Of a DNA stretch of 64,000 bases, positions 53,336 to 64,000 are shown piece after piece (the first letter of the stretch is position 1; every line of letters starts with the position of its first letter). Source of the stretch: Octopus vulgaris (taxonomy: Eukaryota); NCBI GenBank assembly GCA_951406725.2, contig OX597823.1, positions 27,466,001 to 27,530,000 of the forward strand. The letters run 5' to 3'. The translations under genes and the position numbers were made by a program. The notes under the pieces were generated by a model. The model searched no databases. It worked only from the letters and a program-made list of their open reading frames with translations, and had not been told where the DNA came from.

Positions 53336-54627
53336 TCAGTGGTCGTCACCAGTCAAATTTCACAAGTGTATACTAAAAATAGCATTGAAGAAATGCATCG
53401 AACATACATTTTATATATTTAATGTAGACTTATATAATACATATAATTAGATGTTTATTGAAAATACTTTGTAAGATTGGATCAGAAGAGAACTAAATAT
53501 GAAAGATGAATAGAAATTGTTTTGATATTTTATTGAGGTTAAAATAATAAATTTCTTTTATCGTTGAAGTTTCTTCTTTATTTTTATTATATTACTGACA
53601 GCGATTCATTTGAGGATATTCTTATTCATGGCTTATGCCAATAAAAATGACAACTACTAAGATCGCTGCCTACGATTTAGATTTTTCGTTTCCTATGTGA
53701 ATGATATCTCCGGCCAAAAACCCTTAAATTTTCGACACTTAAGGGAGGGGCCCAAGTCATGATTTATACCACTAAACTACTTAATAAAAAGATGGTATAA
53801 ACAACAAACGTAAAGGATTAATTTGGTGGAACAGCACACATACGTATATATTGGTGAGTAGCTTTAACTTTAAACTTTTCTGGCATTAGATATTTCCATT
53901 TCCATTCCATATTTCAGTTTTGACATGTGAATGTGCATATGTGTGTACGCGAGTGGATATATGTTTGTGAATTCGAATAGTGTTTGTGTGTGCGCGTGTG
54001 CGCGTGCGTGTGTGTGTGTGCGTGCGTGAGTGTGCGTGCATGTGTCCGTTTGTGTGTGCACATGTTAGTGCACGAGTGTATCTGAGAATAGATTTGTTTC
54101 TCGAAGACACCAGAATCAAAGAAAGAATTTACAAAATTTTACTCTCTTGACCTACTTTGTGATGTGTGTATGTGTGTATACGAGTGTATCTATGTTTGTA
54201 CGTGTGCATTCATCTGTTAAAGTGCGTGCAAGTGTGCGTTTGTATATTAGGGAAATGTTATCTCCTCCTATCGTCGTTTCCTTTCTCATATTAATGTCCT
54301 TCTCTGCTGTCCTGTTCTCTTACCCTTTCTATCTTTCTTTCATTGCTTCTCTTTTTTTTACCTCATCCCTCCCTTTTTTGAGCCTACTCCTGTCAATCTT
54401 AATACCACTTCACCTTTCATAACTAAACATTTTATTCTCCCTATCCTCTCTGGAGATATTTTTCTTTCTTACGTCTCCCTTCAAATTATATTCCACTCGC
54501 GGAACAGAAAATATGTAAATATTTATCCTCATAAATGCACAAATAAAATAGATTTTAGTAGATAGTTCTCGGTAAGTGACTTCGGCACCAAATGACATAA
54601 AGATTGTGGGCATCGCAATCTATTACC

Positions 54628-54860
54628 TATTTCTTTACTACCCACAAGGGGCTAAACACAGAGGGGACAAACAAGGACAGATAGACGGATTAAGTCGATT
54701 ATATCGACCCCAGTGCGTAACTGGTACTTAATTTATCGACCACGAAAGGATGAAAGGCAAAGTCGACCTCGACGGAATTTGAACTCAGAACATAACGGCA
54801 GACGAAATACGGCTACGCATTTCGCCCAGCGTGCTAACGTTTCTGCCAGTTCGCCGCCTT
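54628..54860 (-). mobile_element. SINE family B monomer with 16-bp TSD
   Basis: TSD atcgcaatctattacc at 54612-54627 and 54863-54878. Confidence 0.92.
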
Positions 54861-55391
54861 ATATCGCAATCTATTACCGTTGATCTTTCAACTGTATCAC
54901 AGCTATTGAGAATAATCTTTCACTGAACAGAAGCAAATGACTACCTACGCATGGGCAGAGCAACGTGTGTTTGAGAAAAATCGAATCAATCCTTAAAGTG
55001 TATTACCCAAAAACTGATGAAGTTCTGTATAGTAAAGGGACCAAGGGTGATCTCACATACACACCCAGAGGCCGCATTATACTTTTATAGATTGGTTTAT
55101 ATGCAGGCATCATCAACGAAGAACTGCTGCCTTCATTTGCTGCAAAGAAAATTTGGAGAAATGAATGAAGACAGCGTGGCTCTAACATGATTCATCACGA
55201 AATTCAATGTGTGCCATTTGTCAGAAAAATTTTAAACAAAACCAGCACAAGTTAGTCGTCAAAGAGCTTTATAGAAGGAAAAAGTATGAGAACTGTTGTA
55301 CGCATATGTCTTCATTGACAAAGTGGTTGCGCTCGTAATTGAGTTAACGATCCCCCTACACAGATATAGACACACACACACACCACGCATG

Positions 55392-55422
<31 letters not shown>

Positions 55423-55868
55423 TATATTCCTTTATACGTATACACACACATATATGTGTGTGTGTGTGTGATATATACGCACACACATACACATATACAT
55501 ATATATACATGTTTCTATGTATGTATGTACGTATGTATGTATGTATGTATGTATGGATGGATGGATGGATGGATGGATGGATGGATGGATGTAAGCTCAT
55601 TTTAGGCATTTTGAATGCCATGGTGTTTTCGTTTACAATCTTTTCTTAAAGTTTTGTTTATATTTTCATTAGAGATCCTTAGTTTTTTTCTCTTTCTCTT
55701 TCAGTTTTTTCTCTTCGCTTTGCATAATTGATGTTGGTTTTATGCTGTCAGAAATTAGCATTTATTCAGGTGGAATTCAAATAGCAAATGACACTCCTCC
55801 GTCGCGGTTGAGTAGAATGTCATTTGTGATTTCAACTTTCATTATATGTGTGTGCTGTACATACTCAC

Positions 55869-55988
<120 letters not shown>

Positions 55989-56008
55989 GGAGAGAGGGAG
56001 GGAGGTAG

Positions 56009-56067
<59 letters not shown>

Positions 56068-56642
56068 AAGGGATGGATAGATGGATGGATGGATGGAAGG
56101 AGAGAGGTAGCTATCGACAGACAGATAGATAGCTATGCCTAGGTATATGCTAGTGTACATGTATTTTATATATCTATGAAGTGGGTGTGTTTATATGTCT
56201 TTGTGAATGAAAAGGCTTTTAGGCTTTCAAGCGACGGTTCCTTTGTTTTATCATTTTTATCAAGTGCTATATAACCCCTGCAAAAGTCGTGCTCGCACTA
56301 CATAACAAAAATTTATGACAAAATGGTTTTTTTTTTCTTCTTTACCTCATCTGGTCCAGCTTTCTTCAACATTAACCTGAAAGAAATCAAAGAAGGAGAG
56401 AAAAAAACATAACATCAAGATGGTACCTGGATAAATGTTTCCTAGAAATAACAACCAAACCGCCAACACTTGGATAAATTTTACCAAACAACGTTTCCCT
56501 ACTCGTGTAGGCTGTGGCATCTCCGTACATGATACATATACAACTACTCCAAGTATTGCTAAGTTAGACATGTCCTGGGTCAAGTTATTTAAACCATACA
56601 CCTTACACATATACACACACGCATATATATGTGATATATGTT

Positions 56643-57554
56643 CAGTGTGCGATGGGTAAATTGTTACCATTTTATATTTTTAATTTCGCGCATGTGAATC
56701 GTTTGTTTTTTAATTTGATCGACTACACAGTATAGTAGGGTCAGTTGGGTACCATCGGCGAGAAAAACAGCACCATGACACAATTCACTCTGACAGAAAT
56801 TTGGAAACGACATACTGTACTGCTTGGTATTCGCGCCGGAAGTAATGAAAATCGCGCCGTGAGTGATAAAAATCGCACCGAAAGTGATAAAAGTCGGACC
56901 GGGAGTGATAAAAATCAAACATCCAGTCAACATCATGGTGTTTGGAGTAATCACTAGTGATGGCGACGTTATGCCTCCATTCATCTTCTCACACAGCTTC
57001 AGACTCAACACGGAGGCCTACATCAAGTGCCTGGAGGCGGTAGTGCTGCCCTGGGTCAAGGTGACAGTTGGAAAATCCATGTCTGGCAACAGGACTCTGC
57101 ACCATGCCACACAAGCAGGAAAACCCAGTCATGGCTGTCAGACAAATTTTTCGACCACATTACCCGTAACATCTGGCCATCTAACTCCCTTGGCTGCACC
57201 CCTCTTGATTATTATGTGTGGGGCGCAGTTGAGCGAAAAACCAACAAAACTCCTAATAACACTAAAAATGAACTGAAAGCAGGGATTACGTCAGCATTCA
57301 CCAACCTAAACAACCTAAATTTTTGTTATGTAGTGTGAGCACGACTATTGCAAGGGTTATATAGAAGAGTTGCAGGAGATTCCGAAGGCGTCTGGAGGCC
57401 GTGGTTGAAGCCAATGGCGATTTTATTGAATAAATTTACTCTTTAGTATTTCAAGATATTTTAATGCAATTTTGGTATATATATATCTTTTAAAATGAGA
57501 TATCTGTTGTTTTCATTTTTTTGTGTAACTTAGACGAGAGTTTATTCACCATAC

Positions 57555-57558
<4 letters not shown>
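56643..57558 (+). mobile_element. Internally deleted maT/DD37D-like transposon
   Basis: KHPVNIMVFGVITSDGDVMPPFIF, VWQQDSAPCHTSRKTQSWL, IWPSNSLGCTPLDYYVWGAVE, SCRRFRRRLEAVVEANGDFIE*; degenerate TIRs. Confidence 0.88.
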
Positions 57559-57632
<74 letters not shown>

Positions 57633-57636
<4 letters not shown>

Positions 57637-58852
57637 GATATTTGAGGATATACCTTTTTGGGGTCAATGCTGCATTTTTGCTCATTCTGTATAATGTTTG
57701 TTTCAGAAAACAATAATAGCAGACCCTCAGCTTAATAAGTGAAGAGGTATGCTGTTATTGTGCTTATAAAGGCTGGGCAAAGTAAATTTAGAATATTTCG
57801 ATTTTTAAAAGTTATCAGATCTTTCGTCTACAAAGTTTGTAGGGAGTTAGTGACTAAAGATAGAAACGTATCACCAATATCAAAGCATAAAAAGCATTCT
57901 AAACGCTCTGAAATTATCAGAAAACAAGTTCAACAGATCATTGATTACAATCTCAGAAAGTCCATGAGGTGAATTGCAAAAGATCTCCATGTGTCAGAAG
58001 AAACAGTCAGAAATGTTGTCCACGAAATCATCGGATAAAAATCTTATATTATGAGGAAGGGTCAATTTGTCAGAAAAAGCAAAAGAAAATCACTACATCA
58101 AATATAAAAGGTGTTTACACAAACTAAAAGACCCAGCAGAAGATTTGATTTTTTTTTCAAACGAGAAAAACTTCGACCAAGATCAAAAAGTTAATAGAAA
58201 AATTACAGATGGTTATGTACAGACCCTTCTGATATTCAAAGTGTTATGCATACGAAATTTCCTGCAACCGTTATGGTTTTGGGGGTTGTCAGCAATGAAG
58301 AACATGTGATACCTACTTCTTTCTACAAGGCCTTAGAATTAATTCTGCCGCCTACATTGAGGTCCTGAAAACATGTGTTAAACCCTGTATAAGCAGTGTA
58401 TGCAGTGGAAGGCCATATGTGTTTCAGTAAGACTCTGCACTATCACACATTGCCCTAGTAACACAGGAATGAATGGCTGAAAACTTTCCTGATCACATAA
58501 CCCCTAACGTTTGGCCTCCCAATTCCCCAGATCGCAATCCATTGGGCTATTATATGTGGAGCGTTGTTGAGAGAGAGAGAGGTCAATGAAGATGCCCGTA
58601 ACATCAAAGATTCTATGAAAGCTGCCATTTCAGAGTAATGTCCAAGATGAACCAGGACCACTTGATTTGAGCATGTAGATGATTTAGATCTCATACAGAA
58701 GCTGTTGTTGAAGATGAAGGTGGTTTTATTGAATGACATTATAGAAAAGCAGATTTATTTTTATCCTCATAGCATTTTTTGATAAATGAAGATATTATCT
58801 GTTATTATATAGCTGTTTTTTTATAAACATAAATCTGTCTGCAGATGCCTGA
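57633..58852 (+). mobile_element. Decayed near full-length maT/DD37D-like transposon
   Basis: KRYAVIVLIKAG..., FFSNEKNFDQDQKVNRK, HTKFPATVMVLGVVSNE, WPPNSPDRNPLGYYMWSVV with many stops. Confidence 0.85.
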
Positions 58853-59070
58853 CTAGCAAGGTGAAGCGGCTGACCTCCCCTGTTCGAAGATTGTAATGGA
58901 CGCAGGTTCGTGTGTCATATAGCTAGCTAGAGGCGATAGCCTCTTGGAGCTAATCAGCGACAGCTTTAGTCTTATATTTATAGACTGCCATATTAGTATG
59001 GCGATAACTATCAATATCCAGTAACGCTGCCGTAATCTCCTTTAGACAGACTTAGTAATTTTAATATTTC

Positions 59071-59116
<46 letters not shown>

Positions 59117-59251
59117 CCTCTTTATATTCATTTTGCAAGATTCTTGATGTGAATTCGAGTGTTGAAACAGATATTGTTGTATTTGGGGGTGGTCATGTTG
59201 CCAGTTTAGCCAATAAAACACACGCACTATACATTTTGTGTTCTTTTGCTT

Positions 59252-59291
59252 CCAGAGTTCTTTCGCCACACTTCTGTGACCTCATCAGTGG
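59252..59291 (-). ncRNA. Minimal type I hammerhead ribozyme motif
   Basis: Minus strand CCA-CUGAUGA-G-GUCACA(GAAG)UGUGGC-GAAA-GAAC-UC-UGG: intact core, 6-bp stem II, stem I CCA/UGG, CUC site. Confidence 0.65.
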
Positions 59292-60523
59292 TCCTTTGCT
59301 TTCTTCTTTCTTTTTGTGTGTCTTTCCTTACTAATGATCAGCCATTTTATATTTCTATTGTATGTATCTTTACTTGCGCATCCGTATACCTCTGCGTGTG
59401 TCTACACACTTACTAAACGTAGGCACACACAAATAAAAATAAATATTGGGGTGGGTTTGTTCGACTGAACTCTTCAAGGTGGTGCTCTAGCATGGCCGCA
59501 GTCTAAAGACAAACAATTAAAAGGTAATAGATTGGAAAAAAAATAAAAGTTAGTGGGTTGTAAAGAAAGGCGGAGTTTAGCTAAGTGCTACCGGGGCTAA
59601 ATAAAGAAGGGCTGCGGGTTTATATAAATCAGATTAATGTGTGCATAGCTTAAGGGAATGCATTAAGTGGATAAATTATAAATAGTTGTGAGATAAGTGA
59701 TATACAGATTAGCAAGAAAATCGTAAAAATCAAATAAATAAATAAATGATAGACAAAGTAGGTAACACAAGATGATAAGATAATATAAATTGAATACTTA
59801 TATAAATAATGAGTAGATTAATAAATTACGGAGGAAATCATGAATAAAAAATAGATGAATTAGGAAGGAAATAATGGTGTATATCCAATGGGCAAATAGA
59901 TAAATTAATATATGAGTTAAAATAAATTGATATCTAAAATGAACAGGTAAAAAAATAAAAGTGCTTTTACGAATGAATATACGAAACGTTTATAAATGCT
60001 GTTTGGCCAGATGCTGGTGTATGTGAGGATGTGAGAACCCTGATCAAAATGTGTACTGAAATGGATGAGCATAGGGAAAATTAAATTGGCTCCAAGTAAT
60101 GGAGTTCTTTTTTTTTTTTGCTCTTTTATTATTTTTTTTTTTATATGCTAACATTAATTAAAGTTTATTCTGAAGTCTTGATTCTGTGATGAGAAAGATA
60201 AAAACGGAATAGAAAATAGAATTTACTGCTGTGATTGTCGTGGCAAAAGAAAAATAGAGAGTATAAAGAACTGACTTATTGGAGAGATGACTTGTACAGC
60301 TCTCAATTAATAAATGCAACTGGCAAATAACGAATAAATAAAAGATAAATAGCTAGGCAAAATAAAAACTAGAACAAATCGTCAAATGAATAAATAATAA
60401 AAAGACATGGAAGGTAGATTTAGCAAGGTTTACTAAACAGTAGAGGACGTAAAAAAAAAGTAATCCTTTCTACTATAGCCACAAGGCTTGAAATTTGCAG
60501 GAAGCTAATCGATTATTATTATT

Positions 60524-60660
60524 TGTTAGCACGCTAGACAAAATGCTTAGCGGTGTTTCGTCCGTCTTTACGTTCTGAGTTCAAACTGTGTCGAGGTCAA
60601 CTTTGCCTTTCATCCGTTCAGGGTCGATAAATTAAGTACCAATCAAGCACTGGGGTCGAG
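60524..60660 (+). mobile_element. SINE family B fragment
   Basis: gttagcacgctagacaaaatgcttagcgg...gaggtcaactttgcctttcatcc...aattaagtacca. Confidence 0.75.
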
Positions 60661-61119
60661 TTAACAAACATGGCAACAATAAAGCTTGAACAATAAAAAT
60701 TCCTCAAGGGCTTCTTATAACCCCCCCCCAGGACTCCAGTAAATAAAACATTAGATCACCGAAATTAAACAAAATTGCTAAAACCAAAAATGGGCGGTGA
60801 TAATCGGTAATAACTGACAATAATCAAAACAAAAGTAAGGAATTGTTATAAGAGATAAAGGGGTTCATAGGAAAGTAGTGGGAAAAAGTATCTAAGAAAG
60901 TATAACGGTAAAGAAATGAGATTAAAAATTAAGATGTGGGATTTAGACAGGTAAAGAATAAGAAGGTGGTGAGAGATGCGATTATAGCTGAGATGTAAAT
61001 CCATTGGTAGGCATTCTATTTTTCATTAGCAGTCTGGGTAGCTAAACACTTTCAAGTACCAATATGTTCTAAGAAGCCTATAAATACATGATGAAAACGT
61101 TCAGATGGTGTGCTCTATT

Positions 61120-61534
61120 ACTTTACTTTTACTTTACTTTTACTTGTTTCAGTCATTTGACTGCGGCCATGCTGGAGCACCGCCTTTAGTCGAGCAAATC
61201 AACCCCGGGACTTATTCTTTGAAAGCCCAGTACTTATTCTATCGGTCTCTTTTTGCCGAACCGCTAAGTGACGGGGACGTAAACACACCAGCATCGGTTG
61301 TCAATTAATGCTAGGGGGACAAACACAGACACACAGACACACACACATACATATATATATATACATACATACGACAGGCTTCTTTCAGTTTCCGTCTACC
61401 AAATTCACTCACAAGGCTTTGGTCGGCCCGAGGCTATAGTAGAAGACACTTGCCCAAGATGCCACGCAGTGGGACTGAGCCCGGAACCATGTAGTTCATA
61501 AGCAAGCTACTTACCACACAGCCACTCCTGCGCC
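61120..61534 (-). mobile_element. SINE family A, full length
   Basis: Reverse complement of the 31998-32400 structure with a (GTAAA/GTAAAA)n tail. Confidence 0.9.
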
Positions 61535-61924
61535 TATTATTGTACCTTTGCAAATAATATCTCCAGGCTTACAAGTCTTTGAAGGTTTCCTGTGCTGGAA
61601 AAAGACTTACGGGATTTTCCAGCAAATTGGAACGGTAATGAGTTGATCATAACTTCACAAATGAATGCTGTCAACGATCTAGGATTAATTGTTTAAATTA
61701 GAATATGACAAGAATTTTAACAAAGTTTGGGATTATTGAATAAGAGAGCCTGATTGTATTTTTGTGGAATATCTAATAATATTTTTGCGTTGTATATAAA
61801 GTGCTTGTTGAAAAGTTTTAAAAAGCATCTAGAAATTTAGTCCGATACTGCTAGCCTAAAGGCTGCGTTGTATCAGTTAGTGTTACTGCCTTTACTCTTT
61901 TATATTTTTACTTACCTATCTATC

Positions 61925-62168
61925 ATTGTGTCCTTGAGCAAGACACTTTATTTCACGTTGTTCCAGTCCACTCAGCTGGGATAAAGGAGTAATATCTGCA
62001 TTTCAAAGGGCCAGCCTTGTCACATTCTGTGTCACGCTGAATTTCCCTGAGAACTACGTTAAGGGTACACGTGTTTGTGGAGTGATGAGTCATGTGCACG
62101 TTAATTTTACGTGCAGGCGGTTCCTTTGATCATCGGATCAACTGGAACCCTCGTCGTCGTAACCGACC
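61925..62168 (+). mobile_element. SINE family C, 5'-truncated
   Basis: CORE-like block as at 23127 and tail as at 52540-52695. Confidence 0.82.
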
Positions 62169-62500
62169 GAGGATCAGTTTTATTTTACCAATTATTTATC
62201 ATCTATTTAAATTGTTATTCTTTTAAGTCTTTTTTTATTATACTTTATTTTTGTCTACCCACTCCCTATTTATTTCATACATCCAGCACTTAAGTAAACC
62301 CACCACCTCCCCTTATAAAATTTCAACATTTCTAATCGCTTCCCATCAAGTTCTTTGTCTAACTCTTCTATCCTATCAACCCTTTCAACAAACAACTGAC
62401 CACACCAACAAATGTTAACCAACAGGTCTTCTCTTAGTCCATCTCTAAAATAAGTGAGGCGAATCCACATATACACCAGCGGTCTTGAACATTTACAATT

Positions 62501-62583
<83 letters not shown>

Positions 62584-62649
62584 TATATGTATATCATATA
62601 TAATGATATATATATATATTGTTTCATTCTTTTCTTCTTTTATTTTTTT

Positions 62650-62830
62650 CATTTGATTCGGTCATTTGACTGCAGCAATGCTGGAGCACCGCCTTTATTC
62701 GCCTTATTCTTTGTAAGCCTAGTACTTATTTTATCGGTCTCTTTTGCCAAACTGCTAAGTTACGGGGACGTAAACACACCAACATCGGTTGTCAAGCGAT
62801 GTTGTGGGTACAAACATAGACACAAAAACA
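62650..62830 (-). mobile_element. SINE family A 3' half
   Basis: gtcatttgactgcagcaatgctggagcaccgcc...gacgtaaacacaccaacatcggttgtcaagcg. Confidence 0.8.
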
Positions 62831-62982
62831 TTCACACACACACACGCGCGCGCGCATATATATATATACTTCTAGTATAGGATAAAAAATTTTCGAAAAA
62901 TAATTTTATCAATGGCAAGCATATTAAAAAATACCTTTAAAGGTTAAATTTATAAACAACTTATAAACAACTTATAAACATG

Positions 62983-63238
62983 TGGAGGCGCAATGGCCTA
63001 GTGGTTAGGGCAGCGGACTTGCGGTCGGAGGATCGCGGTTTCGATTCCCAGACCGGGCGTTGTGTGTGTTTATTGAGCGAAAAAAACACCTAAAAGCTCC
63101 ACGAGGCTCCGGCAGGAGGTGGTGATCCCTGCTGTACTCTTTCACCACTCTAAAGGCGGTGCTCCAGCATGGCCGCAGTCAAATGACTGAAACAAGTACA
63201 AAAAAAAAAAATAAAAATAAAAAATAAAAAAAAAAAAA
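62983..63238 (+). mobile_element. Chimeric SINE: family C head, family A tail, A-rich tail
   Basis: ggaggcgcaatggcctagtggttagggcagcgg...ctctttcaccactc joined to taaaggcggtgctccagcatggccgcagtcaaatgactgaaacaagta, then an A-rich run. Confidence 0.8.
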
Positions 63239-63373
63239 GGGCAAAAGAAAAAAATTTTCTAATGCCAAATATGCCCAAACTAGACACAACGTCCATAACC
63301 ATATAATTCATCACTATAAGCACGTGTCTGGAAGAAAACCGACAGAAATTTCTTTAAAATTCCGTTATTACCA

Positions 63374-63427
63374 TATCGGACCCGATTTCAGAGTTAGTTC
63401 ATAAGAACCTTCTCTTCGTCAGTGATA
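63374..63427 (-). ncRNA. Type I hammerhead ribozyme motif with extended stem II
   Basis: Minus strand UAUCA-CUGACGA-AGAG-aag-GUUC(UUAU)GAAC-uaa-CUCU-GAAA-UCGG-GUC-CGAUA: intact core and GUC site; stem I has one mismatch next to the core. Confidence 0.6.
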
Positions 63428-64000
63428 AATGCGGCAAAGAAATAAATGAAATACTCACTTAAACCCATGGAAGAAGCAAACGCAAAGTCATGAGCACAAT
63501 TAAGTACACCAAATACATCCAAAATAGAAATTCTCCAGCCCATTCGAGACACGTCCGATTCGAACTGAAAACTCTCAAAGAGTGAGAGAGTCCGGAAGTG
63601 AACACTATTAAATTTACATCTAATATAGGATAACATTTTTTCGAAACCATAATACTCTATCCTTGAAAATATATTAAAGATATATAAATTATGTGCATTT
63701 TCCTTCTTTTGTTATATTTTTCACTATATATGTATATATATATACATACATATATACATATATATGTGTGCGTGTATGTATACATACATATATATACTTA
63801 TATATGTGTGTGTATGTATACATACATAATTATATTACATTGTATTTTATTATATTATATTGGATTATATTACATTATATGACATAGTCTCAAATCAAAT
63901 TTGATTTTGATTTGGAGGACAAACGTGGGAAACAAATATGACAAAATGATGGAATGGGAATATCGAAAATATTTACACGTCAAAATTTCACAAACGAAAA

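Noticed and set aside
56267-57364. A 1.1-kb TIR transposon bounded by the 49-bp inverted repeat
   Set aside because: The maT transposase continues colinearly across the right repeat, so it cannot be an element boundary; reinterpreted as a templated insertion.
62983-63060. tRNA gene (also the heads at 23055 and 31998)
   Set aside because: A/B boxes are present but run directly into SINE bodies, with no convincing acceptor stem.

Overview
AT-rich, microsatellite-saturated animal genomic DNA. The SINE families suggest a coleoid cephalopod, most likely Octopus (inferred from recall, not searched). The only host gene I can support is a + strand rhodopsin-like (class A) peptide-type GPCR with three phase-compatible internal exons: 488-708 (ECL2-TM5), 45365-45677 (long Cys/Ser/Gly-rich ICL3) and 51989-52114 (TM6, CWGP). 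The introns between them are 44.7 kb and 6.3 kb; the 5' exons and the TM7 exon were not found in the window. The rest is intronic and consists of three tRNA-derived SINE families, R4/Dong-like and Tx1/L1 LINEs, Penelope-like elements (PLEs), Tc1/mariner, maT, pogo/Tigger, piggyBac and MULE relics, and Helitron/Helentron-like non-autonomous elements. Main observations: (1) a SINE whose 3' tail matches the 3' end of a young Tx1 LINE in the same window, a candidate SINE-LINE partnership; (2) several minimal hammerhead ribozyme motifs, some with intact cores; (3) local templated insertions and long palindromes; (4) a 74-bp direct repeat flanking a SINE. All comparisons were made by eye; no database search was run.
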